Shown here piece by piece: positions 27,221 through 45,545 of a stretch of 64,000 bases of DNA (positions are counted from its first letter, which is position 1; each line of letters begins with the position of its first letter). A program made the position numbers and the translations under genes. The stretch spans positions 525,099-589,098 of the forward strand of contig RHPI01002402.1 in the NCBI GenBank assembly GCA_009103225.1, read 5' to 3'. The DNA is from Chlorokybus atmophyticus. Taxonomy: Eukaryota; Plantae; Mesostigma and Chlorokybus algae. The notes under the pieces are model-generated. The model was not told the DNA's origin and did no database searches. It saw only the letters and a program-made list of their open reading frames with translations.

Positions 27221-30200
27221 ATGGAGCGGCGGGGCGGGCGGAAGGGTCATGGAGGCAAGCCTCCCGCTACTCCTTCCCTGGCTGCGTATGAGGAGGAGCT
27301 TGCGGTGGTGGGCTGGTCATGCCAGTTGTTCCATGATGACGATGCCGCGGAGTTTGTGCAGCAAGGTCGGGGGCTCGTCCCATGGATGGGCAGCGACACG
27401 CTCCTGGTGGACCGCTATGACGTGCGGCACCTCCTCAGCGAGCTGCCAGTCAAGCGCAAACGGCATGCTGCAGCGGATGCGGCAGAGGCGGAATTGGATG
27501 CGGAGAGGTATGGAGACCTGTGGGCGGCCAAGCAGGAGGAGCAGCGGCAGCAGGTGCAGGAAGAAGAGCAGGACGCTTTCCAACAGTATTACGCTGAGCA
27601 AGAAGGTACGGTGCCTGCAGGTAGTCCACCTGCGTTGTCAGGGACACATTTGCAACCCCACATTGCATGCTGTTGGTGTCGATCTAGTAGTTGCAACTCA
27701 GTTAGGGTGGTTGCATTGATCTCGTTGTACGATGACTCTGGTATGTTGAACGTATTGCTAATAGGCCAATGCAAAGCTGCCACAGCAGGCATGTGGCACG
27801 GAGTGACCTCGCTGAGCAACTTGGTGTGGTGAGCTCCCAGGAAGGCTTGTCGAGCAACACGATGCTGTCGACGCTAGCTGCCGTCATGTTGCAATACGGC
27901 ATCGATGCTCAATGCATCACGCAACCTGCTATGCCAGCTGACAGCTGGCATATTTGCGCACTTTATGTATGCATTAGGTGCTCAGACTTTGCTCTGCAAT
28001 TCAGCAGCGCAGGAAAGTGCTGCAGACGTAAGGACGGCGTCTGGCTACCAGAACGTGCCATACTCGTACAATGATGAACAGATTGAACAGGAAGCCCCAG
28101 CTGCACCCGCACCAGGCCGCCCAGCATCTGCCGAGCCTTACGTGCCACCCTTTGAGCTTCCTGAACATCTGCAAGGGCTGGGTGTAAGGGTAAGCGCACA
28201 GTTTGCTGCTCACTGTGCGTGTGCGACCTTAACAGCTCATTGCTGTACACGCAAGTACTTCATCAGGCATGCAACAGCATGCCTGATGAAGTACTTGCGT
28301 GTGCAGCAAGTGCTTCATATCTTTTTAGAACCATGCCTGACGTGGCTGCTAACTCCTCGGGGTGTCTGCTTGGCAGCCCGCAACTATGAAGCACCACAAG
28401 GTGATTGTAGGCACAGCAGACTTTGTCAGGAGCCACCCGCCCTCGCGGGCTGGGCAAGTTGAAGTGCTGCTGCGGGTCAAACAAGGCAGCAATCCCATGT
28501 TTGCGTTCTTGACTCCAGGAGACCCGTTGCATCCATACTACCAATACATACTGAAGCACAACCCTCAGCCACCAAAGCCTCAACCTCCTGCCGTATCGAG
28601 CCTGGCGTTGGTCAGCATGGCCTACAATGAAGAGGAACCTGACGATGAGCAATGCGCGCGTGAAGCAGAGGTGGGCAGGCTATACTTCCCCATATGGCAG
28701 TGGCATTGCGCTGATCTCTTTAAATTAGGCTCATGTGGTGGCACATTGTGGTGTGTACAGACGGGGCCACTCCCGAGATCACATGCGCAAGTTACCATAC
28801 AGGCCAAGGTCATACAGCATTTTGTATTCATGAACAAGCGCCGATCATCATGTACACTTGATTGTCATGGTGTTGTTGTCCAATTGGAAGTTCAAAGTGA
28901 GCATCACACAGATGGCTGTTCCAGCTGCTCATGATGAGGAACCCGCGCCTCCTGGTGTTACTCCTGTCGTTCCCGGTAGTGCGCACCCCTCAGCTCCACC
29001 ACCAGATATCAAGCAAGTGATAGACAAAATGGTGGAGTACGTGCGCAAGAATGGACTTGAGTTTGAGATTTCCATCAAAGTACGTGAGAAGATGAACCCG
29101 AAATTTGCGTTCCTGCTTCCATGGAACCAGTGGAACCCCTACTATGTTCAGCAAATGGGCAACTCACAGGCGAGTATCCTCAGCTCCACTTGTTCTCTAA
29201 CCACCTGCCTGCTAGCAAACGTTGTACTGCAGCTTGCATATAGACAACCATGTCAATCATCTAGCAAGGCATGGCTAACTTGTGGTCATGCAGGTCGCTG
29301 TTGCTGCCAAGTCAGTTGGTGTTAGTGGTGGCGACTCCCAGCCATACATGGCATCAACACAACGACCTGTTACACTGGCACAACACCCCAAACCTCCAGG
29401 ACAGTTCAGTGCTGTTACAAGAACACCAACAATAGAAGTGACACCCAGTGAGCAAGCGCGTTCCACCCGTGCTGACGACACTGGCAATGCGCGAGAACCA
29501 GCAGTGCCACCTGCTCAGACAGACAGCTGTGTTGCTCGTGCTGCCGCCGCAGCTGCAGCAATCTCGCAAAAGATCAAGCAGGAAGAGCGGGTGAGGCGTG
29601 TGAGGGCACTACTTTCCAGAGCTGCTGGAAGCGAGAACATTACGTCCCCAACAGGACTCGAGGCCGCAGAGCGCTTGGTGAGTGATGTCAGCATATCGCA
29701 TTCAAGTGACAAGGACGCAGATGAGCCCTTGGTCTCTGCCGAGGGCAGTCAACGCATTGCAGCCTCCACAGCTCAGGCATCACCTGTGCTAGAAGAGGCT
29801 AAGGAGCCCAAGGAGGCTGCCGTTATAGAGAAGCGAGAGCGAAGACATCACCGCCACAGGCACAGAAGCCGCTCACCAGACCGCAGCCCAGAACATCATA
29901 GCTCCAAGAAAACAAGACACAGAGGATCAGGTAGCTCTGGTGACCCTGATGGAGATGAGCGCAGAAGGGAGCGGCACAGATCACATCAACATGGCGACAG
30001 ACATGAGCGCCGTCATATTTCGGGCAAGCGGCATAGGAAGCATGGCCACGTGCGGCACAGTACTCGTTAAATTGATGGTGCGGATCAACCGAAGTCACCA
30101 GTGGGCAAAAGCCGTGAGACCGTTGCACCAAACCCGAAGTCAGCTCCAGCTGAGGGTTCTACCAAGCTCGCAGGTGACAGTCCACCCTTGGCAGCAGAGT

Positions 30201-30286
30201 CTGGAGGGGTCCAGCAAGCACCTCCGCCGACGGATATCCCAGATGATGTCAGGGCAAAAGTGCGGGCGATGCTTTCATCTTTGTGA
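27221..30286 (+). CDS. SFSWAP: Suppressor-of-white-apricot-like splicing regulator (DRY_EERY + two SURP domains + Arg/His-rich tail)
   Basis: [10 protein letters not shown]...ERYGDL; SURP1 ([12 protein letters not shown]...[14 protein letters not shown]); SURP2 ([16 protein letters not shown]...[15 protein letters not shown]); C-terminal [13 protein letters not shown]. There is an in-frame TAA at 30068-30070 (see findings). Confidence 0.9.
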
Positions 30287-30717
30287 CGTGCAAGTGAAGC
30301 TAGCTAGTGTACAGAATATGCACGTGATGTATGTACTACATGCTTGTGCGGACGTTAGGTAGTACCTGACATTGGAGCGGCTGTTATAAGTAACCATTTA
30401 CTTGGGCTCCCTTCTAAGGACTGTCATAGACACATCTCATACATACATCCTTACGCTCGTTTCAAAGTGAAGTGCCTTGTACATGAATTGTAGGCTTGCA
30501 AGGTCCTTGTTAAACTAATATCGGAGGGTACCATGGTCAAACTGTGACCTCCAGGATTAGGGCCAATATAAATGCACCAAACCTCCAAAACTTGTTGGCA
30601 TTACTTTGGTGGGCACTTCACCACATCAACTGTGGCTTCTTCAACAACAAGAAAGATATCCACGGACAATTGTTATATACCACGTTGCAGGCTTTGTGCA
30701 CTTGGGTAAGGGTATCG

Positions 30718-31000
30718 GAGTTTGGTTAGGCAACCTATGTAGCAATGTCAACCGAACCAAGGTATTTTGCTCTACTTTGCGCAGTGGTGTCAATGTTTCA
30801 GATGCCAAGGGACCATTGTGCTATCAAACAACTTCGGCAAGCTAGCCTGGCATCCAATGGTGACTGAGTTTGGTTAGGCAACCTATGTAGCAATGTCAAC
30901 CGAACTAAGGTATTTTGCTCTACTTTGCGCAATGGTGTCAATGTTTCAGATGCCGAGTGACCACTGTGCTAACAACTTCAGCAAGCTAGCCTGGCATCCA
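30718..31000. repeat. Two-copy tandem duplication, ~148-bp period
   Basis: 30718-30856 and 30866-31000 are highly similar (gagtttggttaggcaacctatgtagcaatgtcaaccgaac...gcaagctagcctggcatcca). Confidence 0.9.
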
Positions 31001-31451
31001 GTGAACCATCACCTGTGCTGTTAACCATTTTGTACCAGTACCCACGCATGACTACCTACGCGTCCTGCTGTCGTCGCTGTGCTTGTCAACTCCGCCCTAC
31101 CGCTGCTGCTTGCACTTGGCTGCATTAGGCTTCTAGCCAGCCCACTGATGTATAGTTATGTGTCTCATTGCTTGCTTGCTGGCTTGGTTTGGGTGTGCAT
31201 ATGCATCCGCATGATGGCGCATGAGTGGCACAGCTGAGTAGATAAATGTATTCCCGACTCTCGATTGATATGCATGCTTGTCGAGCAGCTCATGAAATTG
31301 GCCAATTGGTGGCACATGCAAGGCACAACGCCTTTTGTGTTGTCTGTATTGATTTATTGATAGTTTTGCTTTTCTAGCTGCACAGCTGCATTCTATCAAT
31401 AAAGTGCCCTGCACAGGGAGGCAAAGCTAGCTGTCGCTGCCCATACCGGTA

Positions 31452-36422
<4,971 letters not shown>

Positions 36423-37103
36423 GCTCCCCGCCACCGCTGTTTCAGTGTGCGCAGGCCGTTGCATGTGAGCAGTAGCTGAGAGCGCACTTCGAATGCATTG
36501 CAGCTTGCTAGACACCAGCAATGCCCAGACGCATCGGCATGCTGGCACTGCCTGGCTGAAAGTTGATGAGCCTTTGTTTTGCTTACCACATGTACAGGTG
36601 TAGGCCTATACTGAAGTAGCATAGATTGCACCGGTATGCATCATAGGTGTACAACCTGCTTCTCACCGACTTTAGTGGTTAGCTCACATTGACAACGTGT
36701 TGTAGAAAGCTAGAGTTGCGGTAAAGTAAGTCGAAGCGCGACAATTAAGCCATCAGTCTAACTGTTATGAGCACTCGCAAGCACGTAAGCATGCAAGTGC
36801 TAGTTGTCTAAGTGCCTACTGGTTGTTTCACTGCACATAACGAGCTTCGACGACAACAGCACAAAAGACACAAGAGCTACATGTGCAATGCGTTAGCAAC
36901 CATCGCATGATGACGCTTACTTGTTTAACAACAGGTTGCTGCCCGCACTTACGCTGCAATTGAACTTGTCACTGTTGGCCGTTGCATTATATGCATAAGA
37001 ATACGTAAGTGGATAAGTTGCGCAGCTCGTTGCTAAAGTTCATATCATGAATGGTGACACATGCACGCTCTCGGATACATATCTCCATATTTAAACGCCC
37101 AAG

Positions 37104-38168
37104 GAGTGCCCCTTCCACTGGAGTGTCGCCTTGAAGAAAGCTACGCAGGTCCGGTCTGAGAACGTCACCAAGATCAAGCATGTCCTTGAGAAGGAGTACA
37201 AGTGGACACTGTTTAACAGCAACAAGCGCAAGTGAGTTGGGTCCCTCACCATCATGTCTGCTATGCAACACTGCCTTCTTACTCAGCCTTCATACACACG
37301 TACGCATCTCGCATATTGTAACCGATTCAATCAGGCACATCAGCGCCCTAATGGACCCCGAGACCCAAAAAGCCCAGATGCGCAACGGCTCCAAAGTAGG
37401 TCACAGGCACTATTCTAGCCTAGTACATGCTCAACTTGAACTATCTATACCGTGACTAATGCCTTGTTGGAATGACTCTTGCAGACAAGTCAAGGCGGAA
37501 ATTTAGGTGACCAACAATGCAGACCCGGAGCGGAGGAGATACATCCATGAATGGGCAATCCTATAATCTGGCAAATGATCGTGCAATGCTGGTCTTATGC
37601 CGTCACTACACCTGGTCGCCGGCAGCTGACAGTCAACCACCTCGCATATCTGTTGCTTATAGTGAGCACTCTGAACACTCAATCAATAGCACTTCATGAA
37701 TGCTGTAGCCCCAAACTACAGGCTTGAGGACGCGCTGCAGTGAATAGTGGCTTTCAATGCCACAAAGACATGCCTGTAAACTACGCAGGTGGAGGAGCGA
37801 AAAGGGCAAGGATGGAGACCTCTCATAGCTGCCAGCATTGACACACATGAAGAGAAGACCTCAGCGAAATCGACACCATGACCATGTCAATGAAGCGGGA
37901 GATGAGGCAACGGTACGCAACCCTCTAGCCATTCACCCTTGTGAAACGCCGCACTGCATCTTGTGTCGAATACCTGAAAGATCCCAATCGGCGCCGGCCA
38001 CAAAAAACGGCAGCTCGTGACCCGCTCGTAGAGGCAGAAGCGGCATTTGATTAGCTTGCGCAACCGTTTGAGGAGGAAGAGCAAGCTCCGGCGTCTCCTC
38101 CACAGGCCCCAGCGCGTGGTGCTTTGTTCCATGATGACGAGCAAGGCGATGATGGAGAGGAGCTGTAG
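37104..38168 (+). pseudogene. Decayed transposase-like gene, possibly MULE-related
   Basis: Exon ECPFHWSVALKKATQVRSENVTKIKHVLEKEYKWTLFNSNKRK ends at a GTGAGT donor and resembles the MULE CxFHxxxA motif. Downstream frames are broken by TAA/TGA/TAG and end in an acidic tail (DPLVEAEAAFD*LAQPFEEEEQ...DDGEEL*). Confidence 0.35.
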
Positions 38169-38568
38169 CGCAGTTGGTAGTTCGTTTAGCTGGTAGTGTA
38201 CACAACTGCAAGGCTCTTGTGACTTATTGTTGTGCATTTTAAACCAGCTCAGTCAATTGTGATGATGCTCATGCATGTCAATACCTGCATCTCTATGATA
38301 TACAACAGAACAGCAGGCATTCGAGTCACATAATCGAACTACAAGCCTTGGCAAGTGACTGAGAGACACTGTACACATTTCAGGTACCTGTACACAGCAC
38401 AGGCACAAAACGATGCTGGCAGTCAGTGACAGTCGCGTGTAGTCATGCTATGCAAATACATATAACGACAGTTAGGCATCAAACACCTTCAGTTGCTTGA
38501 AGAATGCCTTAATTTAATTATCAATAATTACCTAGTTGGTGCTGGTAAATGAATGAATGAATAAATTG

Positions 38569-39464
38569 GGCTCAGTCGCCTGCGCTGGACTGGTGTGTAA
38601 CCTGCAGGTGCCTGTCACATAGGCTGAGTCACCTAAGTAAGACTGGTGTGTAACCAGCAGGTGCCTGTTCAATAGGTATTGTAACGGGAGCAATAATAAT
38701 AGGGGTATTTTTGCTACCTAAATAACACATTTTGTATGAATAAGTATTTAAGTATGCTTATTTATACCTCTTTTCTACGGTTCCTCGCTTATCAAAGGCT
38801 ATGATGCTTTATCATAGCTTAAATAAGTCCCAATGGGTGTAGAACCGCTTATTCAAGCCTATTTAGTGTCACATTTGATATAATGTGATCACTATCTCGT
38901 TAGGTACCTTACGATAGGTATCTTTGGATAGGTACCTTATCGATATGTACCTTATCTGAGCTGTGATTGGCTCACGCTAGATTTCCTAACTACCCTATCT
39001 GTAGGGTCGATATCTAATTGTGAGTTAATTATCGAGAGGTATATAATTAATATACTCTTGATATAAAAGGTCACATCAATCTGATGTGGGGACTTTCAGT
39101 TCTCTGCTCAGTGGCGGCCACGCCGTTGAAAGGCTTGTCGTAGGCGGTGTGGGTGTTGGGGTAGAGGATTGAAGGGGCATCACCGGCGACGGTGGTGCTG
39201 TTACAGGTATAGTCGCCTAAATAAGACTGATGTGTAATTTGCAGGTGCCCGTTAATTAAGTAAAGTCACCTGTTAAGGCTTGATAGGTTACTTAAAGGTG
39301 CATGTTGATTAGGCATAGTCACCTGTTAAGGCCCGATAAGTAAGTGACAGAGGCCTGCTAATTAGGCATAGTCCATTGTTAAAGACAAAATTGTAACGGA
39401 AAGGGCTTATAGTAACGAAAGTTGTACTCAGGTCCGTGTACCGAGATTACAGGTGGACTGAGCC
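38569..39464. mobile_element. Putative ~0.9-kb non-autonomous (MITE-like) element
   Basis: Short imperfect inverted ends (ggctcagtcgcctg at 38569; caggtggactgagcc ending 39464), internal direct repeats (gactggtgtgtaacc.gcaggtgcctg; agtcacctgttaagg) at both ends, and an AT-rich non-coding core. No clear TSD. Confidence 0.4.
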
Positions 39465-41023
39465 ACGACAGTCCAAAATAAGTACCCTCAGGTGCACGGC
39501 TGTTGTCAATATTTAGTCGGTCGGCAGGGGAAACATATTGCGACGCTAGCACCGTGACATGGCATGAGCAAGCATATTACATGGCATTTGGAGTCTTTGC
39601 AATGGAACTTCCACATTGCATACATGCAAATCGAACCCATACACGTTTAAGGGTGTTATGGCCAGTCAAATTTTCATGCGTATTGTCAATACAATGCTTT
39701 GAATGCACTACATACGAGCAAGCCATGCATTCGGTGGCACATTTTCATGAATAACATATCACTCATGAGCGTTGTAAATATTGTGACGCATGACTGCAAT
39801 GGGGTGATACAAAGCGCAACATCTCGGAGTTGTTGCTTATCATGGCTTCATTTTTGTATAACAACTAATAATGGCTGACCGATAACCATTTAACGGTTAC
39901 AATTTACATAACGACTGCATGTCAAAGCTTAAAAATTGATGAGCTTGAATACTTAACACTTTAGACTCAACACTTGAGTAATGATTTATATTGTAATGGT
40001 TCTATATCAAAGATCTTAAGTGTGTATAATTATGATGCTGCTTCAAGAAACATGTTACATATGTTTCGTGAAAACATAAAGCATACGCATACAGTTACAT
40101 TATCAATAATAGAATACATACGCATTACTAAACACATAAGCTGATCATAGACCATATGGCACATGCACAACAGCGATAGCAAGGCATATAGACAGAGAGC
40201 TTCTACGTTGGGTAGGAGCATGTGCTAGCTACGTGCCGTAGAAGTGAATGCAAATAGACCATGAACAGGGGTTTGACGGGGCGGCGGCCAAGTGGTTGCG
40301 GGGAGGCCCTTCTGCCAAGCGTTGCGGGCCGCCCTGTTTTAAAAAAATAAGGTGGCCACCATGGGCGGCGAGCACGCTTCGTCGCAGCGGGAGTCCCGCA
40401 ACCTTGAATCTCATCCACCAACGCGCCGAGGCGCCCTTTTTTGATGGCGCTCAATGATGTGCTAATCAACCACGACGGTGCACCGGTGTAGCTTGCAAGT
40501 TGTGGCCGTCGCAAGTTGATGGACGCGATGGACGCTTCACAAGCAAGCATTGTGGAGGCTGCGATCAGGGGTACGGCTCCATCGGGCCACCCAGGCAACG
40601 GCTTGAAGGCTAGGCTTGTAGAGCATGGTAGCGAGCTTGCCGAGCGGGTGTTCAATGGCAATGCCGAGCAATTCAGCATTTTCTAAAGTGGAATGATGAC
40701 GCACATCTTCATCTTCAACAATCAATGGCGCTATTGATGTCGCGTTAATCGACCCAACGTGGCTAAAGTTCTTCACGTCACGGACGCCAGTGATGGCAGT
40801 TACTTCCACCTCTTTAATCTTCCGTTTGCACAGCATTGACGTGAGTATACCTTGAACATGCATTGTTTCAAACAAATCTACTCACAATGCGTAAATTCAC
40901 GTTTGAGAGTCCCAATTTGAGACAAGATTGCTACAGCCTATAGCGATCTCCATTATGCACCTGACTCATCTTTGGAGGTGCATCTTAAGTTGAAATCTGC
41001 GAGAGCGGGACACTGCCACGTTG

Positions 41024-42963
41024 GGCATGTCGCACGATCCGGAGGGACAACTCGTTAACGAAAATGTTGTTCGTGAAATGCGCTATTTTTGCAATCTGGC
41101 AACAATTGCTGCCATCATATTGTCAAACCTTTGCCATATATGCAGGCAAGCTATTGTCAAAACTTTGCCAACCACTCTATGTTATTGGTATACATTGCAA
41201 CGTTACAACACACATGGTGCATTCATTATGATGTAAATACTTTGCCAACTACTCTATGTTATACGCATGATTCACCACGTTACATCGCACATGGTGCATT
41301 TACTCCGTTGTTAAGTCTGTGTCAACAGCAAGCCTTTGTTGTTTGTGACATGCATGCTTTAATAGTTATCTAGTACATGTATACGCCATTGGTGTATGCA
41401 TAATAACAGGTTGTGCTTGTTGGCAAACATTTGCCAACAAGCACAACCTGTTATTATGCATACACATATTTTCAATGTCTGAAATCTCTGATGGAAGTGT
41501 TGTGCTAATCCTATATGCACATATTTCCCTTGAACTACTGTACAATTGACGAGACTCGCAAGTGTGCTATGCGAAAATGACACCACTCAACGTGTTAGGC
41601 TAATTTTGCCAACTACTTAGCGCGCAATCAGACGCTCCCGCTCACTACGCGCGCATGCTGCATGTTGTGCGAATCATACATGCACATATTTCTCTTGAAC
41701 CACTGTACAATACAGACGGGACTCGTAAGTGTGCTGTCTGAAAATGACACCACTTGACGTGTTATGCAAATTTTGCCAACTACCCAACGCGCAATAAGAC
41801 GCTCCCGCCCATTACGCGCGCATGCATGTAAAAAGCTAGTAATTTACGCCCATCAAATATACGGATGGGATGGAGTTTGGATGCACGACCTACGGCTTGA
41901 TGTGTCGTGGACTCAGCGACTCGATCAAGTCAAATAACACACATCTTTAACTGTACTACATTATATTATATCAATACTTTTTTTGGGGGGGGGGCTGTAG
42001 CTCTCGCTTGATCGAAGTTTTTGCGGCCGTAAACCCCCAAAACAGAAAAGAAAAAGTTACGCCAAGCGCTATGCGCTGGGGAGTCTAGCGGGGGACTTGA
42101 ACGGGGTATAATTAGTCTATTATGTTAACTGTCTGCGGCAGTGGTTTTGATAATAGATTACTTAAATAATTGAAAGTTTGCTGCAATTTGGCGTCTTAGC
42201 GGTCTAATGCGCAGCTTGTGAATCCGATATGTTGTAAGTGCAAGCCTGCATTGCTCGCGGGTGGACAAGGCCAAAGTTTTGCTTCGATGCGCGCATATGT
42301 TGCGCAGTGGGCTGAAGCGGTGTACTGCACGCCGAGCTTGCCATTGGTAAAATTTGTCCAACACGACGAGTAACAATAGGAAGCGGATGTGCAATCTCTG
42401 CAGAATGCGCGATAACATTGTATTGACTGCATGGGATTAATCGCAATCTCATACCACAGATACGATAGCTATTGACACGCATCATATCTGATCAGATTTC
42501 GAGATGCTACATGCAAGTTTAAACAGCTGCTTGAAGTCGCGTGACAAGATGAGCTTGCAAGTAATGTTGAAAATGTCAAATTAATCAATGATTGAATGCT
42601 TGACACAAGCATCCCTTGCAAAATGCAAACACGAGCATCAAGCAAAATGTATGACAACATTGTATGATGCAGATGGCAAACCTTTGCCTTACTTTAATGC
42701 ATATCAAGTAAAAAAACCAAACAATGATAGAACGCAATATAGGTTGGTAAATGTTTACCAATACCTGTATGTGTTGATTGGATAATGAACACATTGTATC
42801 AGAAGTTGGTTCTTTCCAATTTTGTGTAAATTAATTATAATCCCATCTAGATGATGTTGTAGTTTGAAAACTTCCTTATGCATCTGTTTGCAAGTTTGTT
42901 TTATTTCATGATTTTTTAATCAACTCCGTCTACGAGTTGTCCCCCTGGATCGCGCAACACGCC
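41024..42963. repeat. Degenerate inverted-repeat (foldback-like) structure with internal tandem duplications
   Basis: ggcatgtcgcacgatccggagggacaactcgttaacg (41024-41060) resembles the reverse complement of 42927-42963. Tandem copies at 41512-41657 and 41677-41824, a weaker inverted copy at ~42290-42360, and ~78-bp copies at 41161-41300. A T-tract/G-tract lies at the centre (~41977-41996). Confidence 0.5.
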
Positions 42964-44019
42964 GTTAGCTTCATTTGCAGTGCTACCAAAGGCTTGAGCG
43001 CGGCGTATGTGCACATGGCGTTTGGTGGGCGCGATGTGGATTTTGTGCGTGCGTGAGCGTGTTGGGTAAATATGCCAATGTACATATGTATATAGTGAGC
43101 TGTCATGTGTGCATAATTGACTACGCACAACTCTTGTGGTGTAATAGGTGTGATAGTGGTACGTACCACTCAGTGATAACCCATTAAGTAGCATGCATGT
43201 CGCACAACAAGTTGTCTTGTATGTCCCTTCGCATTGCACCTCACACTCTAAGGCTGAGATAGGCTATGATGCGCTATGATAGGCTGTTGTTATAATAGTA
43301 TCATGTCTTATTGTATCTTGCGCAAGACTGGTACTAGTAGTACGCGATCTTGTCCACGTGGTAGCATGACATCATGTACATGCATGCCATTTTGATTCAC
43401 ATGCGTATACATTATGAGATTGTATGTTGTATAGAAGTAGCACGGTAGTGTCCATGCAAACGTGTATGTAGCAGCCCACAATGCCATTAATGTCGCCTGA
43501 CAACAAACAGCTACACACATTCCAACACCCTCAGCTCTTCAACCCGACGCCAGCTCAATACTGTCATAGCCTACTTGTTTGGCTTAAGGCAGGTGCATAG
43601 CACACAACCATGTACATGTGTATATGGTTTAGGAACGGGGCCACCAGCAGAACACAACACAAAACATCTGCGTTGCATCAAGTAGCAACACACAACAACC
43701 AAAGCAAAGCCAGCTAAGCACAACTACGGGGGGCTGGACCTATGTGCTTGCTATGCGCGTATGATGGCAAGCAAAGATGGAACGTAGTTGCAGCAGCAGT
43801 GGCTCAGCTACTTACAGTGGCACATCACGAGATGCATATACAGAGTGTGCTATGATGAACATGTAAGTACAAGCGATTGCAGGTTGCTATAACAATGTCA
43901 TACGAAACAATGATTGTTGTATTGCATGCGTGATTGGTAACAGCAACATTAAGGGGAATACAACACTACAATCATATATGTGTACATGTCTTACAAGATT
44001 GTGATACGTGCAGGGCTCA

Positions 44020-44450
44020 TGCAGAGTCCTACCACAATTTTTACCTGCATCCAAGAACTGGTGCGTTGTAGGATATGCATCAATGCTTTAATAATCATCA
44101 TTCGACATAATGTCCAATCATGAAGATCATCAATGCTCATGTCGTTTACTATGCAAGCCAGCGACTCTATCAATGTGTATCTTGGTTTGTCACATTAGCC
44201 ACATTTTGCACATCACCTAAATGTCTTGCTAACAACCTCACAGTGCTCATAGAAGCAGTGCGTGGCGTTAGCCATAAAACTAGTCGCAAAACCCTCGCTA
44301 ATGCTGCTTGCTTGCGCAATCTCCTCCGGTCTGAATTTGTGCACTACTTGCTCCAACTTAGGTAAGTTGGCATGCGCAATCCGAATTTCTCATGAAAATT
44401 TTCTTAACTTGGTTGCACTGTGACATCTTAAAATATTGGTCCAAAAGCTA
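44020..44450 (-). pseudogene. Relic ORF with stops explainable by C-to-T deamination
   Basis: About 130 codons in one frame: SATKLRKFS*EIRIAHANLPKLEQVVHKFRPEEIAQASSISEGFATSFMANATHCFYEHCEVVSKTFR*CAKCG*CDKPRYTLIESLACIVNDMSIDDLHDWTLCRMM... The stops (TGA, TGA, TAA) could derive from CGA/CAA. Confidence 0.4.
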
Positions 44451-44855
44451 CCATGTCACTTCGGAATCTTTAAAGAAAAGTCATTCGCGCACAAAAGAAT
44501 ACGAAATGAAATGTTATTGAAATTTTAGTGCATTTTGGTTTAAAAGCTCAAAGGTGCTTACCGCACCTTGATTATAACAAACCAGCTGCCACACATGTGC
44601 ATAAATGTGGTACAAAATGCGGTGCACCTCATATACATAACGTATGATCATGCAAGTTGTATCTTGAGTGTTTCATACAAAATATGACTTGTATGAAACA
44701 CCCAATTGGACTTTATTGCTTCGCACTTTTGTCATGACAGTGTCCATGGTCGATACCTATGCAGCCATATGTAACAAATATGGACAAATGTGTTTATGCA
44801 AGGCTTTTGTGATGGATTTCTTAATGCTTAATGTATACCATCATTATTACCACCA

Positions 44856-45545
44856 TTCGGCTGATATATATATATTGACGGCCGCTCAAACGAAATCAGT
44901 TACGATAAAAATAAATCCTCTCATTATTGCCGTTATTGCTGAGGCTCAATAAATCATTATGTGCTGCACTTTGCTTGTGGTGCATTGTGCATACATCATG
45001 CTCGATGGCATATTGATATATTACTTCGGCTGATGTATAGCCCGACGGCCAAACGAAATCGGTTATGATAACAGAAGATCTCGTGTGGGGGGTGTTAGGT
45101 GCCGACCAACCTCGTACCAATGGAATTCGTTCGCCGTTGCTGCCAACAATAAAAGATTCATCGGGCTTTTTATGGCGCTGTCGGCAACTGTACTTTTAAC
45201 AACGCGACCGCTTGGTTTATGTGCCATTGCAATTAACGCACGCACCGCGGCATAACGACGGTGCCACTTTTTGCGAATGGTATTAACCAATAGACCGATT
45301 TCAACGCCGTTCTATTTTATTGCCGTACTCACGTGATACGGTCAAGGTTAGGTGCGTTTTTAGCAAAAATGCTTGCAATAATTACGTCAGGCACTTGAAG
45401 TCGGCTGATGTATTGCACGCCGTTCAAATGAAATCGGTAAAAATAACAATATGTTGCTAACGAGTAGAGTGCGATTGCTGTTCGTAGGATGGTTTGAAGA
45501 ATTCTTTGAGGTATGGGGTCGTCCAACCTCGTACCAGTGAAAACA
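44856..45545. repeat. Diverged repeats directly left of the large transposon
   Basis: tcggctgat.tat...caaa(c/t)gaaatc(a/g)gt at 44856, 45025 and 45401; ccaacctcgtacca.tg.aa at 45106 and 45523. Confidence 0.8.

Noticed and set aside
40203-40875. LINE endonuclease-like reading of the minus-strand ORFs
   Set aside because: Only a vague ELLGIxI...LYKP resemblance, with no catalytic motifs or RT nearby; kept only as part of the relic block.
42060-42170. B-box-like GTTCAAGTCCC on the minus strand (tRNA/SINE)
   Set aside because: No convincing A-box or cloverleaf.
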